Positions 20,613 through 33,902 of a stretch of DNA of 64,000 nucleotides are shown in pieces. The notes beneath the pieces are model-generated. The model did no database searches. It was not told the DNA's origin and saw only the letters and a list, made by a program, of their open reading frames with translations. Position numbers and translations under genes: made by a program. The stretch comes from Sandaracinaceae bacterium (GTDB lineage: Bacteria; Myxococcota_A; Polyangia; Polyangiales; Sandaracinaceae): contig JBGAQA010000029.1 of NCBI GenBank assembly GCA_044220955.1, positions 8,420 through 72,419 of the forward strand, given 5' to 3'. The first letter of the stretch is position 1, and each line of letters begins with the position of its first letter.

Positions 20613-21866
20613 ATGCGTACGATGTCCCAGCTCGCCGAGGATCTGATCGACGGCGTGGTCGACTACCGCGAGGTCTCGCCCATCCCGTTCCAGCCCCGCA
20701 TGGAGCTCGAGGAGGTGAGCCCAGGGGTCGGGTTCGTCTCGAGCTTCGCCAACGCCACGGCCGTCGCCACCCCTCAGGGTCTGGTCCTCGTGGACACCGG
20801 ATCGTTCCTCACGTCGGGGCACGTCCACCTCGCGCTTCGCCAGTGGAACGCGAAGGACGCCGCCGCGGCCGTCGTGTTCACCCACGGGCACGTCGACCAT
20901 TGCTTCGGCGTCGAGCGCTGGGAGGCGGACGCCGCCGCGGTGGGAAAGCCGGGCCCGACGGTCTACGCCCATGCGCGCGTCCCCGCGCGCTTCGACCGGT
21001 ACCGGCTCACGCGCCGATGGAACGGCTGCATCAACGGGCGGCAATTCGGCGGAGAGGTCGAGTGGCCGGCGAGCTACCGCTACCCGGACGTCACCTACGA
21101 GACGGCCTTGGTCGTGGACGTCGGCGGCGAGCGCTTCGAGCTCTTCCACGCACGGGGCGAGACCGACGACGCCACGTGGGTGTTCGTACCGGGCAAGCGC
21201 CTGCTCTGCACGGGCGATCTCTTCCTCTGGGTCTGTCCGAACGCGGGTAATCCGCAGAAGGTCCAGCGCTATCCCCGCGAGTGGGCGCTCGCGCTGCGCG
21301 CGATGATGGCGCGCGAGCCCGAGGTGCTCTGTCCGGGACACGGCCTGCCGATCCGGGGCGCGGACCGTGTGCGTGGCGTCCTCTCGGACACCGCCGAGCT
21401 GCTCGAGTCGCTCCACGACCAGACCGTGGCGCTCATGAACCAGGGCGCGCGCCTGCCCGACGTGCTCGCGAACGTGCGGGTACCGACGCACCTCATCGAG
21501 AAGCCCTTCCTGCGACCCGACTACGACGAGCCTGGCTTCATCGTGCGAAACGTCTGGCGACTCTACGGCGGGTGGTGGGACGGCATGCCCTCCTCGCTCC
21601 AGCCAGCCCATCCGTCCGAGCTCGCGCGCGAGCTGGCCGTCCTCGCCGGAGGCGCCAAGGTGCTCGCCGACCGCGCGCTCGCCCTCTCGGAGAAGGGCGA
21701 GCACGCGCTCGCGACGCACCTCGCGGAGCTGGCCGGTGAGGCGGCGGGAAAGGACCCCGGCGTCTGGGAGGCGCGCCGCAAGGTGCTCGCCGCCCGCGCC
21801 GACGCGGCAGGATCGCTCATGGCGCGTGGCGTGTACCGCAAGGCCGCGGACGAGCCCTCGCGCTGA
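20613..21866 (+). CDS. Alkyl sulfatase-like metallo-beta-lactamase fold protein (SdsA/BDS1 family)
   Basis: THGHVDH, GETDD, GDLF..PNAGNPQKVQR, PGHG, YGGWWDG dimerisation motif. Confidence 0.85.
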   Translation: MRTMSQLAEDLIDGVVDYREVSPIPFQPRMELEEVSPGVGFVSSFANATAVATPQGLVLVDTGSFLTSGHVHLALRQWNAKDAAAAVVFTHGHVDHCFGVERWEADAAAVGKPGPTVYAHARVPARFDRYRLTRRWNGCINGRQFGGEVEWPASYRYPDVTYETALVVDVGGERFELFHARGETDDATWVFVPGKRLLCTGDLFLWVCPNAGNPQKVQRYPREWALALRAMMAREPEVLCPGHGLPIRGADRVRGVLSDTAELLESLHDQTVALMNQGARLPDVLANVRVPTHLIEKPFLRPDYDEPGFIVRNVWRLYGGWWDGMPSSLQPAHPSELARELAVLAGGAKVLADRALALSEKGEHALATHLAELAGEAAGKDPGVWEARRKVLAARADAAGSLMARGVYRKAADEPSR

Positions 21867-21877
21867 GGCCGCGACGC

Positions 21878-22777
21878 GTGCGCCCGAACCGCTACTGCTC
21901 GGCCATGGCGCGAGGCGGCGACGAGCCCCTCGGTGGCTCTGCGAGCCATGCACGCGGGTGTCTGCTCGTGAGCTATCCGAAGCGGATGTGGGCGAGGCAG
22001 GCGCTCGACTCGGAGGGGCTGCCGGCCTCGCTCGTGCGCGAGCTGGAGCGGCTCGCCGAGCGCGACGTCGTGACGCGCCTGGTCGCGCACGAGGGCCCCT
22101 GGCGCGATCGCGTCGAGCTCACCTTCTTTCCACGCGCGCGGCGTCACCGCGGCGTGCCGCTCGCCGACGCCGCCGAGCTGCTGCGCGCATCGAACCCGGA
22201 CGACGGGGAGCCGGTCACGCGGCCGCTGATCCTCGTATGCACGCACGGTGTCCGCGATCGATGCTGCGCGCTCTTCGGCGCGGCCATCGTGGACGCGCTG
22301 CGCGTCGATCCGGGTGCGGCGGCTGGAGGCGTCGAGATCCGGGAGGCGAGCCACCTCGGTGGGGACCGGTTCGCACCGACCGCGCTCGTGCTGCCCAGCG
22401 GCCACACGTACGGCCACCTGGATGCGTCCGACGTCCCTGCCCTGGTCGCCGCGGCGGCCGAGGGCAGACCGTTCGGCTCCAAGTTCCGGGGCTCGCTCTG
22501 GCTCGACCCGCTCGATCAGCTCGCCGAGGTGGCCGCCGTGTCGGTCGCCGGTCCTGCGACCGGCCGCGCGCCCGTCGTCGGTCCGATCTCGCGCACCGAG
22601 GGGGCGTCGGAGGCGACCCTTCGCTGCGAGGTCACGATCGACGAGGCCCGCGTCGCGCTCGAGGTGCGCTGCCGGCTCGTCAGGCAGCTCGTCGTCGGGG
22701 ACTGCCGCGCCGCGGACACCGGCCGATCGTCGGTGGTCGAGCGCTGGACCATCGAGAGCGTGTCGGTCGCCGGCTGA
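21878..22777 (+). CDS. Sucrase/ferredoxin-like (thioredoxin-like 2Fe-2S) protein
   Basis: LVCTHGVRDRCCA, SHLGGDRFAPT, PSGHTYG motifs. Confidence 0.85.
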   Translation: MRPNRYCSAMARGGDEPLGGSASHARGCLLVSYPKRMWARQALDSEGLPASLVRELERLAERDVVTRLVAHEGPWRDRVELTFFPRARRHRGVPLADAAELLRASNPDDGEPVTRPLILVCTHGVRDRCCALFGAAIVDALRVDPGAAAGGVEIREASHLGGDRFAPTALVLPSGHTYGHLDASDVPALVAAAAEGRPFGSKFRGSLWLDPLDQLAEVAAVSVAGPATGRAPVVGPISRTEGASEATLRCEVTIDEARVALEVRCRLVRQLVVGDCRAADTGRSSVVERWTIESVSVAG

Positions 22778-22806
22778 CCTCGCGACGCGGCTTCGGAGGC
22801 CGCGAG

Positions 22807-24195
22807 CTACTTCTTGTCCGTCTTCGGCGGGCGCGAGGGCTTCTTCTCGCCGTTCTTCGCGCCCTCTTGTGGCTGGAACGCGGCGCGCGCGAGGCCACGC
22901 ACGCTCCCGCGCGGCGTCGCATGGGGCGTGACCTGCTCGTCGCGCGGGGCGCCGCTCACGGAGCGTCGGGCGCCGTTCGGCCTCGGCGTCGCCGCGAGCA
23001 CGTCGCGCGCGCGCGCGAGGGTCCGCGTCCGGGTGTCGGCTGCGCGCGCCTCTTGCTCCTCGAGATCGGCGACGATGGAGCGGAGCGCCGACTCGGTCGC
23101 CGCGCGCGACATCTCGGCTTGCTCCGCGCTCGCGCGCGCGGCCACCTCCGCGGCCCGCGCGCCCTCGAGATCCCCGAGGCGCGTCACGACCTGCTGCTCC
23201 GCCTGCTCGGTCGCCCGGCGCTGCGCCTCGAGCTCGCGCTCGAGCTCGCCCGTGCGGGCCATCAGTCGCGACACCTCCGCCTCGAGCCCCGTCGCTCGCC
23301 TGCGCGCGGCCTCGAGGTCGGCGGCGGCCTTCTGGCTGTCCCACTCCGCGGCGAAGATCCGCTGCTCGATGTCGTGCAGCTGGGTCGTCAGCTCCTCGGC
23401 GCGCGTCTCGGCCACCGTGAGGCGCATCGCGGCGCGCGCGTGCTCGTCCTTCTCGTTGCCGAGGCTCCTCTCGAGCTCCGCGACGCGCGCCTTGGCGCTC
23501 TCGAGCTCGCTGGCGCGCGCGCTCGCCTCCGCACGGTGCAGGTGGAGCTCCTCCTCGCGCTTCTGGCCGTCCGAGACACCCGAGCGCAGGGCGAGGAGCT
23601 CGGCCTCGAGCTGCGTGATGCGCTCGACCGAGCCCGTGGTCTCGAGCTTCGCCGCCGTCGCGGCCTGCTCCATGCGAGATGCCGTCGCTTCGGCGTCCCT
23701 CGCGCGCGCCTCGGCGGCGCGGAGCTTCTCGCTAGCGGCCCGTAGCTTCTCGTCGGTGGCGAAGAGCGCCTCCTGGAGCTGTCGCGCGCGCGCCTCGCCC
23801 GCCTGCGCGACCGCCGCCTCCTTCTGCCCACCGCGGGCACGCAGCTCGAGCAGCTGCGACTCGAGGCTGGCGACACGCTGGGCCAGCGCGTCGGCGGCGA
23901 CCTCGCTCATCCGTCGCTTCGCGTCCGCGTCGCACACCTTCACGAACATCTCGCCCAGCACCGTCGCGTCGCGCGCGCGCGCCTCGCGCTCTCTGGCGAG
24001 CTCGGCCGCGAGCTCGCTCGGCGCCTGCGTCATCGCCGGGGCTGGACCGCCGAGGGCCGGGGGCCGGACGATCCCCGGGATACGGGGCATCCCCGGAGCG
24101 GTCGCCTCGGCACGGGGATCCCGGCGCCCGGGGGGACGCGCCTCGCGCGCTACGGAGGGTCCGCGCGAGGGCGGCGGCTTCCTGGAGTGGGTCAC
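22807..24195 (-). CDS. Long coiled-coil protein; start uncertain (GTG 24195, ATG 24090 or ATG 24033)
   Basis: About 330 aa of A/E/R/L heptad-rich sequence with Pro-rich termini. Confidence 0.7.
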   Translation of the reverse strand: MTHSRKPPPSRGPSVAREARPPGRRDPRAEATAPGMPRIPGIVRPPALGGPAPAMTQAPSELAAELAREREARARDATVLGEMFVKVCDADAKRRMSEVAADALAQRVASLESQLLELRARGGQKEAAVAQAGEARARQLQEALFATDEKLRAASEKLRAAEARARDAEATASRMEQAATAAKLETTGSVERITQLEAELLALRSGVSDGQKREEELHLHRAEASARASELESAKARVAELERSLGNEKDEHARAAMRLTVAETRAEELTTQLHDIEQRIFAAEWDSQKAAADLEAARRRATGLEAEVSRLMARTGELERELEAQRRATEQAEQQVVTRLGDLEGARAAEVAARASAEQAEMSRAATESALRSIVADLEEQEARAADTRTRTLARARDVLAATPRPNGARRSVSGAPRDEQVTPHATPRGSVRGLARAAFQPQEGAKNGEKKPSRPPKTDKK

Positions 24196-24283
24196 GTTCG
24201 AGGTACGAGTCTGCCACAGACCGGCTCGTTTCCGATCGGGCAGAGAGCACTCGCCCCGGAGCCCGCGCCCCGTCCGGGGCCGG

Positions 24284-25285
24284 TCAGATGCCGAGCCAGG
24301 CGTGCGCGTCGAGGGGACGCGTGCCCCGCCGGACCTGGAAGAAGATCGGGGAGGCGCCGACCGAGCCGACGCGACCGGCGCGCGGCATCTCGTCACCGAC
24401 CTGCGCGTCGATCGCGCCGAGGCCGCCGTACACCGTGAAGAAGCTGCTGCCGTGGTCGATGATCACGAGCGAGCCGTAGCCCGGGTGGCGATCGGCGTAG
24501 GCCACGCGGCCGGCCGCGCCGGCGCGCACCGTGGCGCCGCGGGTACCGACCAGCTCGATGCCCGAGCCCTCGTCGCGGCGCGCGTCTCGCATGCTGGTCG
24601 GCGCCGCGACCGGCAGGGCCAGCTCGCCGCGCTGGGCCTCGAACGGGCTCGAACCGGCGCCCTCGGCGCCGTCGGAGAAGCGGATCCCGAAGCCCTCGTC
24701 GCCGCTGGACAGCGAGATCGAGCCGCCGCCCGGGGGGACGTCCACGGCGCCCGCGAGGGCCACGTCGAAGGCCGAGAGCTGCGCGCCCGCCTCGAGGAGT
24801 TGCGCCTTCTCGGCCTCGAGCGCCGAGACGCGCGCCCGCGCCGAGGCCAGGCGTGCCGCGGCGGTCTCGGTCTCCTCGCGGAGCGCCGCCTCGTGTCGCG
24901 TCAGCTCGTGCATCTCCTCGACGTCGCGCTCGAGCATCCGCTCGAGGCGCTCGACGCGCGCAGCATGACCGAGGAGCGCGTCGAACCCGCCAGCCACCGG
25001 GAGCACCCCGGCGCGCGTGAGGCGATAGAGCGCCCGCGTGCGGCCCGTCAGCCGGCGGCTCCCGTCCTCGCGCGCCGTTCCGATGCCGCCGAGCTCGGCC
25101 TGCACCCGCGCGCCGTCGGCCTCGGCCTGCTCGACCTCGGAGAGCGCCTGCGCGATCTCCACGTCGATCTGCGTCAGGCGCGTGATCGTGTCGACCGCCG
25201 CGAGCGGCTCGCCCTGACCGTGCGCGGGCGCCGCGACGAGGCCGAGCGAGAGGGCCAGTACGGTGAGCGTCGTACGCGTGCGCAT
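24284..25285 (-). CDS. envC: Murein hydrolase activator EnvC-like (coiled coil plus degenerate M23)
   Basis: Signal peptide, coiled coil, GRVAYADRHPGYGSLVIIDHG; lacks the catalytic HxH; follows ftsEX. Confidence 0.8.
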   Translation of the reverse strand: MRTRTTLTVLALSLGLVAAPAHGQGEPLAAVDTITRLTQIDVEIAQALSEVEQAEADGARVQAELGGIGTAREDGSRRLTGRTRALYRLTRAGVLPVAGGFDALLGHAARVERLERMLERDVEEMHELTRHEAALREETETAAARLASARARVSALEAEKAQLLEAGAQLSAFDVALAGAVDVPPGGGSISLSSGDEGFGIRFSDGAEGAGSSPFEAQRGELALPVAAPTSMRDARRDEGSGIELVGTRGATVRAGAAGRVAYADRHPGYGSLVIIDHGSSFFTVYGGLGAIDAQVGDEMPRAGRVGSVGASPIFFQVRRGTRPLDAHAWLGI

Positions 25286-25301
25286 GGCGTCCTCGTGACT
25301 C

Positions 25302-26177
25302 TCAGACGGTGAGGTAGCGGCGGAGCGAGACGGCGCTGCCCAGCGCGCCGATGACGCCGCCGAGCAAGAGCACGCCCAGCGCGAAGAGCGGCGGCATGAA
25401 GGACGTGCGCACGCCTGCGAGCGTGGCGAACACGCCATCGATCCGATCGTGCAGGCCGAGGTAGAGAGCCAGCAAGACGCCGATCGCGAGCAGCGCGGAG
25501 ACGAAGCCCTGCGCGGCGCCCTCGACGATGAAGGGGCCACGCACGAACGAGTCGCTCGCGCCGCAGAGCTTCATGACCTCGATCTCCTTGCGCCGGCCGG
25601 TGACGGCGAGGCGGATCGTGCTGCCGACGACGAAGAGCACGGAGAGCAGGACGAGCAGCGTCATCCCGCTCGCGGCTCCGCGTCCGGCGGCCACGAGCGC
25701 CTCGAGCTGGTGGAACCAGCCCTGGTAGGTCTCGACGTCCTCCACGACGGCGAAGCTCGTCACGCGCTCGGCGATGCGCTCGGCGTTGGCGCTGCCCTCG
25801 GCGAGCGTGACCTCGAGCGAGGCGGGGAACGCGTCGGCGGGGAGCGCGGCCAGGCCCGACGAGCCGGCCGCGTCCGAGAGGAACTGCGTGCGCGCGTCCT
25901 CGGAGCTGACGTAGTCCACCGTCGCCACGCCCTGCACGCCCTCGAGCGCCATGCGCAGCTGGGCGACGTCGTCCTGCGCCGCCCCGTCGCGCAGGAAGAT
26001 GGTCATGCGGGCCGTCTGGCCCCAGCGGTCCGCGACGCGTCCGAGGTTGGTCATCGCGAGCAGGGTCGCGCCGAGGCAGAAGAACGCGATGGTCAGGCTC
26101 GAGATCGCGACGAGGTGCAGGCGTGCTTCCTCGCGCATTCCGCGGGCGGCGCGAGTGATGGCTTGTCCGAGATCCAT
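25302..26177 (-). CDS. ftsX: Cell division permease FtsX
   Basis: TM1, periplasmic domain, then TIRLAV..RRKEIEVMKLCGASDSFVRGPFIVEG. Confidence 0.92.
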   Translation of the reverse strand: MDLGQAITRAARGMREEARLHLVAISSLTIAFFCLGATLLAMTNLGRVADRWGQTARMTIFLRDGAAQDDVAQLRMALEGVQGVATVDYVSSEDARTQFLSDAAGSSGLAALPADAFPASLEVTLAEGSANAERIAERVTSFAVVEDVETYQGWFHQLEALVAAGRGAASGMTLLVLLSVLFVVGSTIRLAVTGRRKEIEVMKLCGASDSFVRGPFIVEGAAQGFVSALLAIGVLLALYLGLHDRIDGVFATLAGVRTSFMPPLFALGVLLLGGVIGALGSAVSLRRYLTV

Positions 26178-26200
26178 GTCCGGGTTCCCCTTGCCGCGCC

Positions 26201-27085
<885 letters not shown>

Positions 27086-27166
27086 GCCTCGCGGGTAACA
27101 GAGTGCGCGCGGAGGGGGCAAGAAACCGGCGGTGCCAGCGGCGGCGCCTGCCCGCTCGAGCGGCGA

Positions 27167-29218
<2,052 letters not shown>

Positions 29219-29230
29219 GGAGCCGCGACC

Positions 29231-30364
29231 TCAGCGACCGAACCAGCGGGCTCGGCGGGTGGCGCCGAACGCGTCCTTGTCCGCGCGCAGCGCGAGGGAG
29301 GGCTCCTGGTACGTGCCGGTCGGCTTGGGCCCGGAGAAGAAGTCGACGTCGACGCGCGAGATGCGCCCCTCGCCGAGCTCGACGTAGCAGGAGCCGGCTC
29401 CCGGGTTTCGTGCCGTGGGAGTCTCGCCTCGCAGCGTCGAGAGGATGTTGGCTGCCACGACGCGCGCGGCCGTCTCGGAGAACACGCCTGCCTTCGGCGC
29501 GCCGGTGTTGGCGAGGTCTCCGAGGGCGTACACCCCGGGGTGGGGTGTCTCGAGCGTACGCGGATCGACCTTGACCCATCCGTTCTCCGCCATGCCCGCG
29601 GCGACGACGACATCGGGCGCGCGGTTCTTCGGCACGCCGAGGAACAGATCACAGGGCAGCTCCCGGCCGTCGTCGAGCGTGATCGCTCGGCGCGCGGCAT
29701 CGACCGAGGTGACGCGACGGTCCGGCACGAAGTCGATGTTCTTGGCGCCGAACTCCGCGAGGAGCGCCCTGGACATCTCGGGGGAGGGCGGCACGGGGCT
29801 GGGCAGAGGGTGCACGAGCGTGATGTGGCAGTCCCCCCGCACACCACGCCGAGACAGCTCGTCGTGGAGCAAGAGCGCGCACTCGCTCGGCGCCGGCGGG
29901 CACTTGAAGGGCGCTCCGCAGATGCCGATCACCGCGTGGCCCCTGGTGAACGTCGGGATGACACCTGCCAGGTGCGCGGCACCGGCCATCGAATAGAACT
30001 CGTTCACGCCCAGCGTGATGCCCGGCGTGCCGGAGACGTCGTAGTCGGCGCCGAGCGCGATGACCAGGATGTCGGTGTCGTGCGTGCCCGCGTCGGTCGT
30101 CACGCGGCGGCCCCTCGGGTCGATCGCCGTGACGGTCTCGCGTCGCAGCTGCACGCCGGGCTTGCGGAAGTCCCGGTACGGGAGCGCCACGGACGATGCG
30201 CTCGCCCGCCCGAACATCACGTCGAGCTTCGAGAACCCGAACGCGAACGACTCGCCCTTCTCGATCACCGTCACGCCCGCGTCCTCGCCGAGCGCCTCCG
30301 AGAGCGAGGTGCTCAGCTCGAGGCCGGCGAACCCGGCGCCCAGGATGACGATGCGAGACTTCAT
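29231..30364 (-). CDS. Sulfide:quinone oxidoreductase-like flavoprotein
   Basis: GAGFAG, KCPPAPSE, YALGD, PKAGVF, CYVE motifs. Confidence 0.8.
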   Translation of the reverse strand: MKSRIVILGAGFAGLELSTSLSEALGEDAGVTVIEKGESFAFGFSKLDVMFGRASASSVALPYRDFRKPGVQLRRETVTAIDPRGRRVTTDAGTHDTDILVIALGADYDVSGTPGITLGVNEFYSMAGAAHLAGVIPTFTRGHAVIGICGAPFKCPPAPSECALLLHDELSRRGVRGDCHITLVHPLPSPVPPSPEMSRALLAEFGAKNIDFVPDRRVTSVDAARRAITLDDGRELPCDLFLGVPKNRAPDVVVAAGMAENGWVKVDPRTLETPHPGVYALGDLANTGAPKAGVFSETAARVVAANILSTLRGETPTARNPGAGSCYVELGEGRISRVDVDFFSGPKPTGTYQEPSLALRADKDAFGATRRARWFGR

Positions 30365-30460
30365 GGCTCGGAGCTCCGCGAGTGTGGTCGAGACGCGACC
30401 ATGTCTACACGATCGGAAGCCCGGCGCGCGACCCGAATGCCGCGGGCGCGGCAGGGGACG

Positions 30461-31666
30461 TCAGCGCGGCGGATCGATCGTCGTGTCCGCGAGCAGCGCC
30501 GCCACCCTCGAGCGCGCGATCAGCTCGTCCCAGCGCGACGGCCCTTCGAGGAGCGTCGTCAACGCCAGGGGGTCGGGATCGGCGCCGAAGGGCGATCCGA
30601 ACGCGTGCGTCAACATCCGCTCGGTCTGCTTGCCGTGGGGCGAGAAGCCCCAGATCGCCTCCTGCGACACGTCGTCGAGGCTCGCGTAGTAGCGCCACAC
30701 GAAGAAGCCCGCGAACCACTCCTCCGGCACGAAGGTCGACAGGCTCGCCTCGAGCGCGCGCGACTGCTCTTCCTCGCTGTACGCGACGTCCGTCATCCCG
30801 TCGGGCCAGAGCCAGGGCTCGACCGCCGCGTCGCGTCGCGTCGTGTATCCCACCTCGACGAAGACCACCGGCATGTCGAGCGTCTCGCTGATGTCCAGGA
30901 CGGCGTCGCGCGCCTCTCGCGCGCCTGCGAGGTACTCGTCGTAGGTGGCGCCCTCGTGGTGCGCGAGCGGGTAGAACGCGTTGATGCCGATCAGATCCAA
31001 GCGATCCCAGAAGAGCACGGCCTCCGCCTCGTCCCAGTTCGCGCTGTAGGTGAGCAGCCCCGGGTACGCGCCGCGCACGTCGTCGATGAAGGACGCCCAG
31101 AACGCGCCGAAGCGGCCCGACCACGACTTGCACTCGACGCCGATGGAGAGCGCATCCACCTCCATCGCGGCCGCGTCGCGCGCCCAGGCGAGCACGAACG
31201 CGCGGTAGCTCGCCTGGTAGTCGCGCCAGCCTTGCTCCGTGCCGGGATCGATCTCGCCGCGCCAGCCCGTCTCGCTCCACACCCAGAGGTGCGGTACCAG
31301 CAGCACCCGGATGCCGCGCGCGTGCGCCTGCTCGACGAAGCGCGCGATCGCGATCCGGTTCTCGCCGTAGGGCGCCTCGAAGTCCATGTAGATCTCGGAG
31401 CTCTCCAGCGACCAGATCCGGCCGAAGGGGGTCACCGAGACCCACGTCACGCCCATTCGCGCGAGCTCGTCGAGCAGCGCAGCCGAGTACTCCGTCCCGT
31501 AGCCGCGACCGGGCCACTGCGAGTTCTCGATCGGGCCCACCGTCACGCCGCGGATCGCGCCGATGCCGGCGTCGCGAAAGCCGAGGCGCCCACGCGGAAG
31601 CCGCTGCGCGGCTGCGGCGCTCGCGGCGGCAAGGACGAACCCGAGCGCGAGTACGAGGGGGCGCAC
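30461..31666 (-). CDS. Secreted glycoside hydrolase family 113-like TIM barrel
   Basis: Signal peptide; VPHL...WRGEI, SIGVE, LTYSANWD, FWD.LDLIGINAFYPL, VFVEVGY, FSPHGK. Confidence 0.82.
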   Translation of the reverse strand: MRPLVLALGFVLAAASAAAAQRLPRGRLGFRDAGIGAIRGVTVGPIENSQWPGRGYGTEYSAALLDELARMGVTWVSVTPFGRIWSLESSEIYMDFEAPYGENRIAIARFVEQAHARGIRVLLVPHLWVWSETGWRGEIDPGTEQGWRDYQASYRAFVLAWARDAAAMEVDALSIGVECKSWSGRFGAFWASFIDDVRGAYPGLLTYSANWDEAEAVLFWDRLDLIGINAFYPLAHHEGATYDEYLAGAREARDAVLDISETLDMPVVFVEVGYTTRRDAAVEPWLWPDGMTDVAYSEEEQSRALEASLSTFVPEEWFAGFFVWRYYASLDDVSQEAIWGFSPHGKQTERMLTHAFGSPFGADPDPLALTTLLEGPSRWDELIARSRVAALLADTTIDPPR

Positions 31667-31667
31667 G

Positions 31668-33902
31668 TCAGGGGAACGCGGCGAGCTGGATCCTGAAGTC
31701 GCTCGCCTCGGCCTCCCGCATCTCCACGAAGACGTAGTAGATGCCGGCCGAGAGCGCGCTCGCCGTGCCCACGTGCGCCGTGCCGTGGCCCGTTCCGCAC
31801 GCGAGGTCCACGCCCGCGCCGCACTCGTCGCGCAGGGTCAGCCAGACGTCCCGCGTACCGCTCGGCACGGTGAACGCGTCGATGCTCACGTTCATCGCGG
31901 AGGCGAGCGTGAACGAGTAGAACGCGTCGACCAGGCCGGTCGCGGTGCAGGCGCCGCCGCGCAGGTCGTCCGCGAACGCCACCAGCGTGTCGCGCGGGCG
32001 CGAGTCGAGCGGCACGGCGAGCGCGATCGCCGTGCTGCAGACGTCGTTCGCGGGAGGCATCGTCGGCGGGGCGAGGGTCACGCTCGCGCTCAGCGTGCCG
32101 CTCGAGGCGCTCGTCTGCGCGGTGATCCAGTACTCGCCGGCCGGGAGCGCGTGGAAGCTCTGCGCGAGCGGCGAAGAGCCGGAGCGGCAGCGCAGCTCGG
32201 CGGTCCGGTCCCCGCACGCGGTGCCGAGCGCCGCCCCGTGCGTTCCGGCGCTCGAGGTCGAGATCGTGACGTCGTGAGGTGCCGTCAGCGTGAAGTGGAA
32301 GTACGCGTCGCGCGTGCCGCTCGCGCCGCCGCACGTCGTGCCCGAGTCGTACTCGAGCGAGGACAGGAGCACGCTCGCCATGCCGCTCGTGCTCGTGCCC
32401 ACGGGCGTCACGTCGAACGCGGACGAGCACGCGTCGCCGGCGTTCCTCGGCGCGGGCGGATCGGTGAACGTGAAGGTGAGGGACCAGCCCGCGGCGCTCG
32501 CGTCGGTCGGCTCGAGGAGCACGTAGTACGTGCCCGGGCCCAGCGTGCGCAGGGCGAGGGAAGGCGCGCTCGCGGGGGTGCACACGATCGCCGTCGAGGC
32601 CGTGCTGCAGTCGGTCGTGAGCGCCATGAAGAGCCGGCCCGTCGTCGTGCCGGTCATCGTGCTCCCGGTGATCGACACGTCGCGCATGTGACCCGCCGGG
32701 ATGGTGAAGCGGTACGCCGCGTCGCTCGCCGCGGTCGCGTGGCAGGAGAGCGTGTAGTCGTCGCCGACGTCCTCGAAGCGCCCGGTGAACGTCCCGCCGG
32801 CGGACACGTCCGTGGTCGTCCCGTCGCAGCGATCGACCGGCGGGAGCGCCGTCGGGTCGGAGAGCTCGATCCGCAGGTCGAACGCGGTCTCGCGCGGGGT
32901 CCGCACGATCAGGGCCCAGGTCCCGGCGCCGAGGCTCCGGTGGTTGAAGACCGTCGGCGACGCGCCCGCGCAGCGGAGGTCGGGTCCCGCGGCGCACGCG
33001 GCGAAGGGGCGCAGCGCCACCGCCGCTCCGCTCACGCCGCTGACCGTCACGCGGATGTCGTGCGTCTCGGAGAGGGTGAAGCGGAACACGGCGTCCGGGC
33101 CCGTCGGGCCGCAGCTCAGCCCGTAGCTCGTCGCCAGCCCGGCGGTCGACCCCGAGAAGGAGCCGCCCGTGGGCCCGAGGCGCAGGATGGTCGCCTGCGC
33201 GCAGGTGTCGTTCGTCGGGATGCAGCTCGAGTCGTCGTAGTCGCGCAGGCCGTCGCAGTTGTCGTCGCGGTGGTTGTCGCAGACCTCGACGGCGCCCGGC
33301 AGCACGTCGGCGGAGTAGTCGTCGCAGTCCCGTCCGCCGCAGGTGCCCGCGACGAAGCCGTCGTGGTCGAGGTCACGCGCCGTGAACACGCAGCCACGCG
33401 TGTCGTCGCACGCGTCGAGCGTGCACGCGCTCTCGTCGTTGCAGACCAGCGGCGGCACGCTCGAGCAGCCGCGCGTCGCGTCGCAGAGCTCGTAGCCGTT
33501 GCACGCCAGGTGGTCCGAGCACGACGCGTGGTCGGGCACGTGGACGCAGCGATCGGCCTCCTCGAGGCAGGCGTCGGTGGTGCAGTCGACCGTGTCCGCG
33601 CAGGGGGCCGCGCCCGCCGCGCAGCGCCCGGCCGTGCAGAGCTCGAGGCCGTTGCAGAAGCAGCCGTCCTGGCACTCGCCCGCGGCGATGCACGCGACGC
33701 CGATCGTCCGTCCGGGCGTCTCGCACGTGTCGAGCACCGGATCGGGGAAGCCCGCGTCGAGCGTCGGGAGGTTCGCGTCGACGCCCGAGTCGGTGGTCAG
33801 GAAAGACGCGTCCGGGTGGACCGGCGTCGAGCTCGCGGTGCAGCCGCTCGCCGCGAGAGCCACGACGAGGGAGATCCCCGCGATGCGTCCGACGTCGGTC
33901 AC
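31668..33902 (-). CDS. Large modular lipoprotein: Cys-rich repeats, putative metal-binding DCDD..PGA.EVCD motif, about four beta-sandwich (PPC-like) repeats
   Basis: GTG overlapping the upstream TGA (GTGA); lipobox LAASGC; DLDHDGF...DCDD...EVCDNHRDDNCDG; repeated NDxC...GTW/GTYY units. Confidence 0.8.
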   Translation of the reverse strand: MTDVGRIAGISLVVALAASGCTASSTPVHPDASFLTTDSGVDANLPTLDAGFPDPVLDTCETPGRTIGVACIAAGECQDGCFCNGLELCTAGRCAAGAAPCADTVDCTTDACLEEADRCVHVPDHASCSDHLACNGYELCDATRGCSSVPPLVCNDESACTLDACDDTRGCVFTARDLDHDGFVAGTCGGRDCDDYSADVLPGAVEVCDNHRDDNCDGLRDYDDSSCIPTNDTCAQATILRLGPTGGSFSGSTAGLATSYGLSCGPTGPDAVFRFTLSETHDIRVTVSGVSGAAVALRPFAACAAGPDLRCAGASPTVFNHRSLGAGTWALIVRTPRETAFDLRIELSDPTALPPVDRCDGTTTDVSAGGTFTGRFEDVGDDYTLSCHATAASDAAYRFTIPAGHMRDVSITGSTMTGTTTGRLFMALTTDCSTASTAIVCTPASAPSLALRTLGPGTYYVLLEPTDASAAGWSLTFTFTDPPAPRNAGDACSSAFDVTPVGTSTSGMASVLLSSLEYDSGTTCGGASGTRDAYFHFTLTAPHDVTISTSSAGTHGAALGTACGDRTAELRCRSGSSPLAQSFHALPAGEYWITAQTSASSGTLSASVTLAPPTMPPANDVCSTAIALAVPLDSRPRDTLVAFADDLRGGACTATGLVDAFYSFTLASAMNVSIDAFTVPSGTRDVWLTLRDECGAGVDLACGTGHGTAHVGTASALSAGIYYVFVEMREAEASDFRIQLAAFP

